Part shown: one piece after another, positions 44,721 through 60,317 of the stretch | How the letters are laid out: each line of letters starts with the position of its first letter | Position numbering within the stretch: position 1 is the first letter of the stretch | Made by a program: the position numbers and the translations under genes | Notes under the pieces: model-generated | Database searches by the model: none | Seen by the model: only the letters and a program-made list of their open reading frames with translations | What the model was told of the DNA's origin: nothing | Assembly: GCF_009914755.1 (NCBI RefSeq) | Contig: NC_060935.1 | Reading direction: 5' to 3' (one strand) | DNA from: the human T2T-CHM13v2.0 reference genome, Homo sapiens | DNA length: 64,000 nucleotides

Positions 44721-45878
44721 AGCCTCTTGTAAAGGAAGCAGGGCAGGCAGGTGGGAGGAAGCCCACAGGGGCACTTGGGATGATGAGGGGGCATGCTGGC
44801 AAAGCCGGGTCAGTGACAAGGATATATTCCATTTGTTTCCACCTAAGCCTTAGCCTTGGCACAGTTTCAATATCGAAATGGATCGCTGCGTCCCGGCGGT
44901 CCCAGGAAAAAGGCAAACCAAAAAATAGAGACGTTAAGGATTCTCCAAGTCCCCGGAGTATCCAGATACCAGAGGTGCTGGAGGGCTTATTAAAGGATTA
45001 CAGTTTCTTTGACAGCCCCCAGGAATGCAATCTGGGGAGCTTTGTTTTTCAAGGAAACTCTTCAAAGCAGTTCGGATACCATCAAAGAAGCGAAGGAAAA
45101 GAGAAGTTTAGCTGTGTGCTCACCTCTTGGGTAACTTGAATTTTTCTGCCATGGAAGTCCTTGAAGCTATATCTTTAAGGGATATTATGACCCATGCTGT
45201 TTTTCCTTCCCCATCTACTTCTCCAGGAAACCTTGCTATCCTGCTCACCCGTTTTCACTTCCACTGTGAAAACTCTCCCAGTCACTGGGTCCTCTGCCAC
45301 CCACAAGCCTGTAGTAAAGACCATGGGCTCTGTAATTAGGGTTTAATCCCAGCTTTGTCACTTCCTAGCTGTGAAATCTTGGGCAAGCCATTTAACATTT
45401 TTGGCCTTGGTTAAAAGGCTTTCTTTTCCTAAATGTGAGGTTTTCAGAGACCCCTGTATACATCTCTCACTGCATTGCCCTCTGGTGCAAGACATGCAAT
45501 ATCTGGTTGACTACTGGTAACCACCCCTGACCCCCAACAGGAAACACCATGTAGATTCTTTACATTGTGTCAACGTGCCCTGGGGAGCAATGTCCTTGGG
45601 CTGGGACCCAAACAATGACTCAAACCTAGGTATTACTCTTGTCTCCAGTTTTCCACTTCACATGTACTCTTCAAGCAACTGTGTCTGGAGGAAAGGATGG
45701 CTAGCAGATAACCCTCAATTATACTGAAGGACCTGGCAGGTCTCACAGGATTAAATGGCTGAAATAGGGGATTATGTGACAGATCCTAGAAGGGACAAGG
45801 TGCTAGGCCGATGAAATAATACATCTTTAGCTCCAGGAAATAAACGAAGAGACTGCCTGTAAACACTGAAAGCTTGGG

Positions 45879-46210
<332 letters not shown>

Positions 46211-46539
46211 TCATCTTGAGAGGCAAGGCCGGAATATGATGGTCATTTAGAAAACAGAATCCTAGTCAATTGACTGTGCCCAGTGTCAACAAAGAGTGTA
46301 TGGATAGAAGAGGAATAGTCAGCGTCAAGCTCAGAGAAAGAAATCAAAGGTAGCCAGTGCCCTTCCAAGCACTCTCTTCCAAGTACCACAGAAGGTGCTT
46401 GCTAGCCGGCATATTTGTAATCTGGGCCACCTAACTAATGTCTTCACTTTGATTCCCTGCTCATCATGCCCACCTTGTAAGTGTGAGGGCATTTACACCA
46501 GAAGCCTGAAACTTTCTTTCTGAAAGAGGTGAGGTGTTT

Positions 46540-47000
46540 TAGTTCTTAGCTTTCCCCAAAAGCATCTCCTGTGACAAATACTCTAGTGAGAGGGTTCATT
46601 TGGGAGATGAAGGCAAACACCAATAGGGAAGTGGAGAAGTGTGACAAGAAAGGGAAAGCAACCAATAGAGTGTTGTCAAGCCAGCTACCACTGTGGGTGA
46701 CAAGCTGAAGCCTGCTGGGAAGCCAGTGTAAGGTGTACACATCAGCTATCCAAGCCAAGGGGTGACAGAGCTGTGGTATCTGTACTCCACCTCCTGTTAG
46801 TCACTGGTTGAAGGCTTCTCCCAGGGGTCTGCTCCTTCTCCCAGGATGCTCCTGAACTTCTGGCCTGCCATGTGGATAGCCAAAATGGGCTCCAGAGGCA
46901 AAACAAGGGCTCAGGCAAATAAATGCTACTGCTGGCAGTTGCAAGTTGCACTGGTGTGCTCTGAAGGGGGAGGCGGTCCTGAGAAAATCCAAGGGTAGGC
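46540..47000 (-). mobile_element. Degenerate ERVL-class LTR fragment
   Basis: ttccccaaaagca...ttcatttgggagatga pattern typical of the 3' end of old LTR16/MLT1 LTRs read in reverse. Confidence 0.45.
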
Positions 47001-47076
47001 ATGAGGTCTGGAATCACTTCCTCTTCCTCTTCCCCAGGCATTCAGCTCTCCACTCAGCCAGGCCTGGGCCTCCTGA

Positions 47077-47448
<372 letters not shown>

Positions 47449-47838
47449 GAAGTCACAGTCTTTAATGAAACAAGAATATCCCTTCACCTTACCTCACACG
47501 AAGGCTGAGTTATTAAAAGTAGTTCTTTTCTCAGAGGCGTTATGGTAAATCACTGTAAATCACTGTTGCTCTTACTAAGTGGTTACAGGAAGATACAAGC
47601 AGCTCTTACAGTGAACCAACCTCTTGTTTTTGTACATTACAAATAAAACCAAAGACACTGAATAGTCAGTTTGTGCCAAATAGTAAGTATATTCCTAGAT
47701 CTCTAGTAATAGTCACACACAGTAAACACAGAAAAGAGCAGAGGGTTTCACTCTCTCAAATGTACTTGAAACAAACAAAAAAACCAATAAACCACTTCAC
47801 ACTATTTTAATAAAAATGAGACCAAGAATTATAGAACA

Positions 47839-48347
47839 CAGTAGTCCCCCCTTATTGATGGGGTAAACATTCCAAGATTCCTAGTGGATGCCCAAAACTG
47901 TGGATAGTATCAAACCCTATACAGGCTACACATGAATTTCTTTTTCCGTCTTCACAATTTCATGGATAGAAGATTCGTTCTTATTACAGATCTTAGCAGC
48001 CTCAGCTTACGATTTTTCCCTCCTTCCTTATTAAATCAAGAACTTTCACCTTTTCACATAAAGGAAGTATTTTATAGCTTCTAGCTGGCATATGCTAATT
48101 GCCAGCATTGCTACTCTTGCAGCTTTGGGGCTACTATAAGTAAAATAAAGGTTAGTTGAACACAAGCACTGCAATACCTTGACGGGAGCTCTGACAACTG
48201 AGGTGGCTACTGAGTGACTGAGGAGGAGGTACTGCATGGATATGCTGAACAAAGGGAGGATTCACATCCTGAGTGGACAGAGTAGGGTGGTGCAAGATTT
48301 CATCAGAAACTGCAGAAAACGAAACCTTGGATAAAGTGAGACTACTG
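47839..48347 (+). mobile_element. Tigger2-family non-autonomous DNA transposon
   Basis: TIRs cagtagtc...gactactg followed by TA. Confidence 0.75.
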
Positions 48348-49764
48348 TAACATCACATAGAGGCCTACGAAAGAGGTTTTGAGAGTCTCACCACATCAGT
48401 ATTCCTGACGCTGCAAACAATGCCTTTTTATCACCAATATTATTCTCTGAAAAGGCCCTACTTGAGTTAAAAACTCACCACACTCACATTTCCTTATGGT
48501 ACTAATCACAGTGGCAGAAGGGAACAAACAGCAGTTCAACACAATGCCAGGCACATGACAGTCAATCCTAGTTTAATTGTACCAGTTGTATGTCATCATA
48601 CTTGAATTACAAATGAACCAAGTAAGCCTGAAATACCAAGTACAGCTGAAGATATGCTCAAATGCAATAAAAATGCAAAGTGTGTAGGCAGGCTAAGCTA
48701 GGAATTGCTTTCCAAGTTCCAGCACACTGAGCCATAGAGTAAAAAGGTATATTTAGGATATGCAAAAAGAAGTACAACCAAGCTCCAACTTCAGTTTGTG
48801 GCCCCAAATTAAATTCTAAGTTGCTTGAACTTACTCTGCACTTCTACATAGAAATTTTTCTAAATGGTGGCTAGGGTCTTAAGCCAACTCCAACAACCCA
48901 TTTAACCCATATACGGATAAATGGTAGCATTTATCGTAGCATTGCTAGCTAAAGTTCAGGGCTCCAAGATGTTATGCTCCATTATCTGCTCCTCTTGAAT
49001 TAAATGTCCCCCTGGGTGATCGCAGCCACCTTCACTGGTTTAACCATCCATTACTCACCAATGACTCCAAGATCTGTACCTCACTTACCACCTGTTAAAA
49101 GCTCCAAATCCGTATTATGTAACATTTCACTGTTGATCGGACATTATGACCTGGAATACCCACCCACTTCAACAAGCTCCAAACTCAATTCATTATGTCC
49201 TGCTCTTCCCTCACTTTCTTGTACTTGCTCCTTTTCCTATTCACTTGTCCACCATGGTTAGAATCTTGTGGTCATCTCACACATTACCAATTACATGACA
49301 CTGTGTATTTGAGGATGCTGTTTCTCTGCCTACAGTCATCCACTCCACCACCTTAGAGCCAGAAAAACTCTATTCTTCAAGACCCAGCTCAAATGTTATC
49401 TCCCCTCTGAAGACTGTCTGACCCCCTTGACTGCCACAACCCCAGAACAAGCAAAGTCAGTGTTCCCAAATCTGCTCTTTTAAAAGTGCTCCCATAACAT
49501 ATGATTCATTCTCTGATACTATACTTTCCTTGTTGGGGTCTCATGATTTGCTACACGTCTATTTCCTATGAAACTGTCAGCATTACCAGGCCAGGAACTA
49601 CTGTCTTCCTAATGTTGTCTCCTACAGCCTAGTACTAAGACAGGGAAAACAGGTAGTACTAAGGTTGAGATACTGTCTCTGGAATCAGACAACCCAGGAT
49701 GCAGGTCTTTATCTCTCTAAATACTCTTTTATCTGTCTAGTAAGTTCCTGGGACATATCTAATT

Positions 49765-52700
49765 ATTATTTTATTTTATTTTTCCATAAGCTATTGGGGT
49801 ACAGGTGCTGTTTGGTTACATGAGTAAGTTCTTTAGTGGTGATATGTGAGATTTTGGTGCACCCATCACCCGAACAGTATACACTGCACCACATTTGTAG
49901 TCTTTTATCCCTCACCCCCCCCCACTCTTCCCCCAAGTTCCCAAAGTCCATCGTATCATTCTTATGCCTTTGCGTCCTCATAGCTTAGCTCTCACATACC
50001 AGTGAGAACACAGAATGTTTGGTTTTCCATTCCTAAGTTACTTCACTTAGAATAATTTCTCCAATCTCATCCAGGTCACTGCAAATGCTGTTAATTCATT
50101 CCTTTTTATGGCTGAGTGGTATTCCATTGTATATATATATATATTTATACACCACAGCTTCTTTATCCACTTGTTGACTGATGGGCATTTGGGTTGGTTC
50201 CACGATTTTGCAATTGTGAATTGTGCTACTATAAACATGCATGTGCAAGTATCTTTTTCGAATAATGACTTCTTTTCCTCTGGGTAGATACCCAGTAGTG
50301 GGATTGCTGGATCAAACGGTAGTTCTATTTTTAGTTCTTTAAGGAATCTCCACACTGTTTTCCATAGTGGCTGTGTTAGTTTACATTCCCACCAACAGTG
50401 TAGAAGTGTTCCCTGATCACCGCATCCATGCCAACATCTACTGTTTTTTGATTTTTTGATTATGGCCATTCTCGCAGGAGTAACGTGGTATCGCATTGCG
50501 GTTTTGATGCATTTCCCTGATGATTAGTGATGGTGAACATTTTTTTCATATGTTTGTTGGCCATTTATGTATCCTCTTTTGATAACTGCCCATTCACGTC
50601 CTTAGCTCACTTTTTGACGGGATTGTTTTTTTTCTTACTGACATGAGTTGGCTGCAGATTCTGGATATTAGTCCTTTTGTCAGATGTATAGATTGTGAAG
50701 ATTTTCTCCCACTCTGTGGGTTGTCTGTTTACTCTGCTGACTGTTCCTTTTGCCATGCAAAAGCTCTTTAGTTTAATTAGGTCCCAGCTATTTATCTTTG
50801 TTTTTATTGCATTTGTTTTTGGGTTCTTGGTCATGAAATCCTTGCCTAAGCCAATGTCTAGAAGGGTTTTTCCAATGTTATCTTCTATAATTAGTCCTTT
50901 CCCCACTTTATGTTTTTGTTTGCTTTGTCGAAGATCAATTGGCTGTTTAAGTATTTGGGTTTATTTCTGGGTTCTCTATTCTGTTCCACTGGTCTATGTG
51001 CCTATTTTTATAGTGGTACATGCTGTTTTAGTGACTATGGCCTTATAGTATAGTTTGAAGTGAGGTGGTGTGATGCCTCCAGATTTGTTTTTTTTTGCTT
51101 AGTTTTGCTTTGGCTATGTGGGCTCTTTTTTGGTTCTATATGAATTTTAGAATTGTTTTTTTCTAACTGTGAAGAATAATGGTGGTATTTTGAAGGTGAT
51201 TGCATTGAATTTGTAGGTTGCTTTTGGCAGTATGGTCATTTTCACAATATTGATTCCACCCATCCATGAGCATAGGATGTGTTTCCATTTGTTTGTGTCA
51301 TCTATGATTTCTTTCAGCAGTGTTTTGTAGTTTTCCTTGTAGAGGACTTTCAACTCCTTTGTTAGGTATATTCCTGAGTATTTTACTTTATTTTTTTTTG
51401 CAGCTGTTGTAAAAGTGGTTGAGTTCTTGATTTGATTCTCTGCTTGGTCACTGTAGATGCATAGAAGAGCTACTGATCTGTGTACATTCATCCAGTATCT
51501 TGAAACTTTGCTGAATTATATAATCAGTTCTAGCAGTTTTCTGGGGGAACACTTAGGGTTTGGAAATTAAATAACCTGCTCCTGAATGAGCTATGGGTCA
51601 AAAACAAAATCAAGATGGAAATTAAAAAATTCTTGAACTGAAAGACAATAATGACCCAACCTATCAAAACCTCTGGGATACAGCTAAGGTGGTGCTAAGA
51701 GGATAGTTCATTGCCCTAAATGCCTACATCAAAAATTCTGAAAGAGCACAAACAGACAATCTAAGGTCACAACTCAAGGAACTAGGGAACTAGAACAAAC
51801 CAAACCCAAACCCAGCAGAAGAAAGGAAATAACCAAGATCAGAGCAGAACTAAATGAAATTGAAACAAACAAAAAATACAAAAGATAAATGAAACAAAAA
51901 GCTGGTTCTTTCAAAAGATAAATAAAATTGATAGACCACTAGCAAGATTAACCAAGAAAAGAAGAGAGAAAATCCAAATAACCTCACTAAGAAACAAAAC
52001 AGGAGATAATACAGCTGAAACCACCAAAATACAAAAGATCACTCAAGGCTACAATGAACACCTTTATGCATATAAACTAGAAAACCTAGAAGAGATGGAT
52101 AAATTCCTGGAAAAATACAACCCTCCTAGCTTAAATCAGGAAGAATTAGATACCCTGAACAGACCAATAACAAGGAGCGAGACTGAAATAGTAATTTAAA
52201 AATCACCAACGCAAAAAAGTCCAGAACCAGACAGATTCACAGCAGAATTCTACCAGGCATTCAAAGAAGAATTGGTACCAATTCTTTTGACACTATTCCA
52301 CAAGATAGAGAAAAAAGGAACCTTCCCTAATTCATCCTATGAAGCCAGCATCATCCTAATACCAAAATCAGGAAAGGATACAACCAAAAAAGAAAGCTAC
52401 AGACAAATATCCTTGATGAACATAGATGCTAAAATCCTTAACAAAACACTAGCTAAGTGAATCCAACAACATATCAAAAAGATAATCCACCATGATCAAG
52501 TGGGTTTCATACCAGGGATGCAGGGGTGGTTTAACACACACAAGTCAATAAATGTGATATACCAGATAAACAGAATTAAAAACAAAAATCACATGACCAT
52601 CTCAATACATGCGGAAAAAGCATTCGACAAAATCCAGCTTCCCTTTATGATTAAAACCCTCAGCAAAATCAGCATACAAGGGACATACGTTAATGTAATA

Positions 52701-52921
52701 AAAGCCATCTATGACAAACCCACAGCCAACATAATACTGAATGGGGAAAAGTTGAAAGCATTCTGAGAATGAGAACAAGAAAGGGATGCCCACTCTCAAC
52801 ACTCCTCTTCAACATAGTGCCAGAAGTCCTAGCCAGAGCAATCAGACAAAAGAGAAAGAGCATCCAAATCAGTAAAGAGGAAGTCAAACTGTTCTTGTTT
52901 GCTGATACGATCGTTTACCTT
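49765..52921 (-). mobile_element. 5'-inverted (twin-primed) L1PB-like insertion
   Basis: 3' part on minus strand 49765-51560, ORF2 part on plus strand 51561-52921; 14-bp TSD GGACATATCTAATT at 49751-49764 and 52922-52935. Confidence 0.92.
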
Positions 52922-53032
52922 GGACATATCTAATTTAAAATAACAATATCCATTTTGTATATGCAATAAAACCTACCTTCTGTAAAAGTAACAATTTTCT
53001 GGTTCTGTTGCTGGATAACCACTTAAAATGAG

Positions 53033-53232
53033 GTTTTTTTTTTTAATTATACTTTAAGTTCTAGCGCACAACGTGCAGGTTCGTTACATAGGTATACGTG
53101 TACCATGTTGGTTTGCTGCACCCATCAACTCGTCATTTACATTAGGTATTTCTCCTAATGCTATCCCTTCCCCACCACCCCACGACAGGCCTCGGGGTGT
53201 GATGTTCCCCGCCCTGTGTCCAAGTGTTCTCA
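53033..53232 (-). mobile_element. Short L1PA 3' end
   Basis: L1 3' UTR with T tail; TSD TAAAATGAG at 53024-53032 and 53233-53241. Confidence 0.88.
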
Positions 53233-53377
53233 TAAAATGAGAATTTCTTCATTAGCTCTCAGAGGGGGCAAAAGGAAGATACAGTTCCTCTAAAGAGTAG
53301 AGCCGTGCAATTAAATGTTTCAAGGGGATTTTCTACAATTCTATAGGTTGAGTCACATTTCTTAACATCAGCTCTCA

Positions 53378-53867
53378 TTCTATGCTCTTAATTGCTATTG
53401 GGCTATTTTTTTCTACTTCTTTTTCATTTCTGTTGTGTGCTTTGTTTTGAATCCGATCCTCAGAACGAGAAAGAGGATAATTAGCCATATTTAAGCTATT
53501 TGATTGATATTGCATCTTACAGAGGGAGAATGATGATTAAAGTGTTTTTTTAAAAAATAGCAATACCAAGTAAAAAAATTGTTAAGGATATTTCTAGAAA
53601 GCATCACAGGACCAGTAACTCATTTTCACAGGATGTAAGCAACAGCTATCATTGATCTTAGGCTCTTTTGAAAATGCTTTAATAGGATTTTTTTTATTTC
53701 TTTGAATTACCACTTGAGGTCATTAATTTTGAGCATCAGAAAAAGAAGTCTTTTTTCATATTAATTTTACACTGACTTCTATTTCATAAAGTTCATGCTA
53801 TGATAAAAGAAATTCTAGCAATTACAGTTGAAGATGCAGCTAGCAGCCAATGGAATCATCGAAGGTT
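53378..53867 (+). repeat. Left arm of long inverted repeat (family unassigned)
   Basis: Aligns by eye to reverse complement of 55941-56426 with exact blocks of 38, 32, 26 and 26 nt. Confidence 0.92.
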
Positions 53868-53871
53868 TTAT

Positions 53872-54035
53872 ATGCCGGGACTGTGCTAATCACTTCATAA
53901 GCATCATTGCATCTAATCACAAAACATACAAGGTAGGCATTTTTATCTACTGAATGGGGAAGCAGATGTTCTGAGACTGACTTGTATAAGTCACACAGCT
54001 AAAAGGACTGAAAGATTGAAGCCCAGGTCTGACTG
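53872..54035 (-). mobile_element. MIR fragment
   Basis: aagtcacacagct...gaagcccaggtctgact motif. Confidence 0.6.
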
Positions 54036-55414
54036 ATCAACAATCTTATCATTAGCTTCTGGGTGAAGAGTACTGTTAAAGCCTAAAACCAAATGGAAGA
54101 AACCTTTTACTGTGAAGTTCACAAAATCAAATAAATGACTAGGTATTGGGTAGGGTGCAGTGAAGGAGGTGCTCTCATGTTGCTGGTGGGAGTATAAATG
54201 GATATATCCTTTCTGCAAAGGAATCTGGTAAAACTGTCATAAGCCTTAAAATATTTTCATCTCCTTTACCTGAAATTCTATTTTTTACTCTATCCTAGCC
54301 TACGGATATAATTTTTAAAATGTGGTCAAAGATTTATGTACAACTGACAGCATATTTTATTTAAAAAGAGTCCTTGTTGTTTATTATATATACGCATGTG
54401 CATATATACATGCAGATTAAATAACACAATGTCTGGAATTTGCTTCAAAATCATCTGGACCTGGGGAAGAGAAATGGATTGAAGCAGGATGATGGATATA
54501 TGTAGGTTTCTCACACCCTATCTCCACATAAAAAGTATAAAAATATTATGTAAAAAGATGACTCCATCAAGCATTATTTATTATAGTGAAAAATATATTA
54601 TGCTGTGGTATTCCATGACCCAAAACACTATGCAACCATTAAAAGAAATGTTTTTGAGAAAAATTTAGTAACACAGAAAATGCTTTCAGAATAACACAAG
54701 CAGGACACAAACTGATACAATTTCACTTCAATTATGTGAAGCGTTAAAGGGCGCACAGTGAAATGTTAATAGCAGGATTTTGATATCCTTTTTCTTCATA
54801 TTCTTTTGCATTTTTCACAAATACTATTTATACTCGGAAAAAACTCAGTAGTTTACAGAGGATAACAGTCCATCTTTATCTGTAACAGGTTCCTAATTAT
54901 TGCCACTGTCACAGATGAGTCACTGGTCTGATCAGCCAACTGAACCAATCTGACTAGGGTGGCAATTTTGGGTAAGAAGGTGTTTGGAAATCAAGTCATT
55001 GACTTCATAACTTAAGACTCTAATGCCTCTACTGCATAGCACAGTCATTTGTGTTTACGAGAGTTATTTCCATTGTCAAGGAGTGAGGGGGAAATTAACA
55101 GCTCTGCTTTATTTCTGTGAGTGCTTTGGAATTTTTTTCTTTTAACAAAATCTATTATGTCTTCACATAGTCATGCATTAAGTATTTACTAAGAGCCTGC
55201 TCTATGCCAGGCACCATGCTAGGCTTGGTTCAGAGACAAAAACAGCAAGGGGCATTCCCTTAAGGAAACTCAATTTAATGGGAAAGGCAGTGTCGAGAGT
55301 TATGGCATCACATAATAAAAGGTTGTGGAAGAGGTGAATTCAGGATGAACCCAGGATGGGAGTCCACAGCCTGCCAGAAGGCACTTGCTGTTAAGAATTG
55401 TTATTTAGGAATTA

Positions 55415-55755
<341 letters not shown>

Positions 55756-55940
55756 GACATGGTCATTTTCTTCACACAATTTCGATTTTTATCACTCTAC
55801 CCTTAATTTCAGCCTTTTATAATATCGTATGATTTTGTCGAATAGTCTAACTGGTGGGTCAAGAACGGACTTTCACCTTCAGATCCTACATGTTTCCTTC
55901 ACTGTGTACAGACTTTTCCCCTGAGATATATGATCATCAC

Positions 55941-56426
55941 AACCTTCCCTGTTCCACTGCCTGCAAGCTGCATCTTCAACTGTAATTGCTAGAATTTGTC
56001 TTTATCATAGCATGAACTTTATGAAACACAAGGCAGTTAGAGCCAGTATGAAAAAATACAACTTTTCTTTCTCTGGTGCTCAAAAATAATGGCCTCAAAT
56101 GGCAATTAAAAAAATCTTATTAGAAGCATTTTTTAAAAGCATGTAAGATCAATGATAGCTATTGCTTACATCCTGTGAAAATGAGTTGCTGATCTGGCCA
56201 TGTTTTCTAGAAATATCCTTAAAGATATTTTTACATGGTATTGTTGTTAAAACAAAAACAATCCACTTTAATCATTATTTCCCCATCTGTAAGATGCAAT
56301 ATTAATCAATAGCTTAAATTAACAGATAATTATTTTCTTTCATGTTCTGAGGATCTGATTTGAAACAAAGCACATAGCAGAAACAAAATAGAAAAAAATA
56401 GCCCAATAGCAATTAAGAGCATAGAA
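55941..56426 (-). repeat. Right arm of long inverted repeat (family unassigned)
   Basis: Reverse complement of 53378-53867. Confidence 0.92.
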
Positions 56427-58030
56427 ATCAATTCCCAGCTGGACTGTGGAGTTGAATTGGAAAGGCAAAACATAAAGTTCTGAAGATAACACAGAAGTTA
56501 CATGAGCTTAAGGTAAGCAATGTTTTTCTTGAACAGAACACAAAAACATTACACCTTAATCAATGTAAGTTGGACTTCATAAAGTCCAATTATGCAATTA
56601 TAAAAATAAAAAAGTTATGTTCCTTAAAAGACCCTCTGTTCAATTAGACACCATTTATACAACAAAAACCAACTCCAGATGCAAAACCAGATAAATTTGA
56701 CTACATTAAAAACAAACTGTTGCACTGCAAAAAAAGTCACCATAAGCAAAATAAAAATACAAACAAGAAGTTGGGAAAAAATTTTACAATATATTATAGA
56801 CAAAGGGTTAATATCTAATATTTAAAAAATACTTTTTATATCGAGTGAAGAAAAAGGGGACTAGACATTCTAGAAAAATGAGTAAGATACACGAACAAGC
56901 AATTCACCAAAAATGGGTGTAAAAATGTGCCTTAAGCATATTTTTGCAAATTCAACTTAATTCATAAGAGAAATGCAAATTATAATTACACTAAGATGCC
57001 ATTTCTTGTCCATCAGTTTGGCAAACAATCAAAAATCTGACGACAATACATTCTTCTGATGGTGAGGCTATAGAGAAATAGGTAGTCCACATATTGTTGG
57101 TGGGAATACCACTTTTATAAAAAGGAACTTGGCAACACCTAACAAAACTACATGTACATTTACTCTTTTACCGAATAATCACATTTCCAGGAATTTACTC
57201 TGAAGATAACACTTCTAAAAATTTTAAAATACTAGTATTAGTATTGCAGTATTAAAAATACTAGTATTAGCATTGCAGTATTATTTGTAATTGTAAATAT
57301 CAGAACTACCAAAAGGCACAAATATAGGAGGACAGAATCCACTATGGCATTTAAACTCAATGGAGTACCATGAGGCTATAAAAAAGGAAGATCTCCATAA
57401 AATGACATGGAGTAGTTTGTAGGACAAAAAACTCCATTTGTTCAGACAAAAAGAGTATATATAGCATAAAACCTTTTATGTAAGAAAATAGGGGACATGA
57501 AAAAATGTACAAATTTGCATATTTTGGTGAAAAGAATAAACAAAAATGAAATTGGTTACCTACAATGGGTGGGGCAAAAAGGGATGAAAGGAATAGGGAA
57601 GGGAGTAAGACTTGAGTGTGCATTTGAATGATTTAGACTTCAGGAAGCACGTTGATACTCTACATATTCACAGAATAAAACTAAACCTAGACTAGAGGGA
57701 AAAACATGCTATATAAGGAAAGTATTGGAACAAATAAAAAAATTGGAAAATGGACTGTAGATTAACAGTATGGTGGTTATAAAAGGATATTCTTGTTCCT
57801 AGGGAACATACAATGAAGTATTAAAGAGTAAAGGAACATGACATTCCAACCTAGTGTCAAAAGATTGAGAAATTTTATGTGTGTGTTCACATTTGACATG
57901 AAAATATATGTATATAACATATACATATATGCACATATAGAATTTTTTTAATGACAAAATGTCAAAAATTGGTTAATCTGAATAAACTATAAAAAGTTAT
58001 CCATTATTCTTGCAACTTTCTGTAAAGTTG
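56427..58030 (+). mobile_element. Old L1M (L1ME-like) ORF2 end/3' fragments
   Basis: gacaaagggttaatatc, aagagaaatgcaaattataattacactaagatgcc and similar decayed L1 motifs. Confidence 0.65.
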
Positions 58031-58870
58031 ATACTCTTTCAAGTTTTAAAAATATGATCTGGACTTAAAACTACTAAAAACCTCAGAAATCAGTACTGGA
58101 ATGACAAACCACTAGAAACTTTCAGGATACCTATGATGGGTTTATTTATTTATCTCATCGTTTATGGTAAAACACTTTAATGAGTGTAAAATGGATGCCT
58201 TCATTTCCAGACTACCCAAGAACCAACGGAAATGCAGTTGGGCCTCTCAGCCTATTAAGCAATGGCCTTTTGCCTCTAGCAAAATGTACTCAAAGTCAGA
58301 TATACCATGCCATCAGTTCAAATGCACTAACAGGTAGACTGCAGTTATAAGCTTCTATGTAGAAAATTCTGATTTTTACATAAAATATAAACACGAAACA
58401 CTTGGTACTGATATTGAACAGGCACTGTGATCAAGGGTACTTATGCACTAGTTTTGGGTATTTGTACATGAACCATCTTAACTACACAGTGGCTCAGAGG
58501 CAGAACAAAGTTTGCATGGGCCAACCAGCCTAATATCCATTAAACCTCTTTTGTTAATCAGCCATAATGTGCAAAAGCCAGCCAAGAGCCCTTTAAAAAT
58601 CACTTTACCACTTTTAATGTCAAGGCACCACAGATTAAATATCCTTTTATTTGACTCAAACTGAACAATAACATTTAAAACACACAATGGGAAGCAGCGC
58701 AGTTATCTCTCAAAATAGACAATGATGGTTTAATTAAGAGGTTGATAAAGCATATGTAGAAAAGTCAGAATGTCAAAATAAGTATCAAGGAGAACATATA
58801 CTTTGAAAAGGGGGCTAAAACATGTAGCTATACAATCTGGGGTTCTTATCGATTGATGGATAGATTGATT

Positions 58871-59152
58871 GAGACAGAGTCTTGCTCTGTTGCCCAGGCT
58901 GGAGTGCAATGGCGTGATATCAGCTCACCGTGACCTCCAACTCCCAGGTTCAAGCAATTCTCCTGCCTCAGCCTCCTGAGTAGTTGGGATTACAGGCGCC
59001 CACCACCATGCCTGGCTAATTTTTGTATTTTTAGTAGAGTCGGGGTTTCGCCATGTTGGCCCTGCTGGTCTCGAACTCCTGACCTCAGGTGATCCGCCTG
59101 CTTTGGCCTCCCAAAGTGCTAGGATCACAGGCGTGAGCCACCGTGCCCGGTG
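58871..59152 (-). mobile_element. AluS with tail converted to GATT-like repeat
   Basis: Reverse Alu; tail position reads gattgatggatagattgatt. Confidence 0.88.
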
Positions 59153-59605
59153 CTGGGATTCTAATTCAACAATTTTTCTTGGTAGTCTTGCCAACAGTAA
59201 TTGGAGAAACGTGTTCCTAATTGTTGGTGGGGAGAGGATTAAAGGTAAGCACACACATTTTAATACACATTCAATGTCTGAATTTGAAGAATAAAAATGC
59301 ATTGCTTTCACCACTTAAAAAGAGCTAAAATCAGATCCAGTTATTTGACACAGCAAAGACATACAAATGTACATGGCAACAGCAAGTTATATAAGCTGGT
59401 TCTTTAGATCAAACTAAAATTCTAGTATTTTCTGACCAAACTAAGTTCAAAAGTACTAAAAGAAAATGAAACAGGCAAATGATGAAATGTGGATCTTTTT
59501 CATTCAAGAATATGGAAACTCATTGGACTGAAAAACCCAAATCTTCATTATACCAAACTTCTATAATGATCTTAATGGTAGTTAGCTTTAAAAAAACACA
59601 AAATA

Positions 59606-59896
59606 GGCTGGGCGTGGTGGCTCAGGCCTGTAATCCCAGCACTTTGGGAGGCTGAGGTGGGTGGATCACAAGGTCAGGAGATCGAGACCATCCTGGCTAA
59701 CACAGAAAAACCCTGTCTCTACTAAAAATACAAAAAAAAAAAAAAAAAATTAGCCAGGCGTGGTGGTGGGCGCCTGTAGTCCCAGCTACTTGGGAGGCTG
59801 AGGCAGGAGAATGGCGTGGAGCTTGCAGTGAGCCGAAATGGTGCCACTGCACTCCAGCCTGGGCAAGAGTGCGAGACTCCGTCTCAAAAAAAAAAA
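59606..59896 (+). mobile_element. AluY-like
   Basis: TSD AAAAAACACAAAATA on both sides; right-arm deletion. Confidence 0.92.
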
Positions 59897-60021
59897 ACAA
59901 AAAAAACACAAAATACTATGAATTAAATTTATGACAGATACAAAAAGGACATCAGATTACTTTGGGGGAAAGTCGCTTTTAAATTCTATATTTCCAAAGA
60001 AGATATTTTACATTGAGATAC

Positions 60022-60317
<296 letters not shown>

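Noticed and set aside
54040-54135. Continuation of the inverted-repeat arm beyond the MIR (vs 55815-55885)
   Set aside because: Only weak short matches; cannot be supported without alignment statistics
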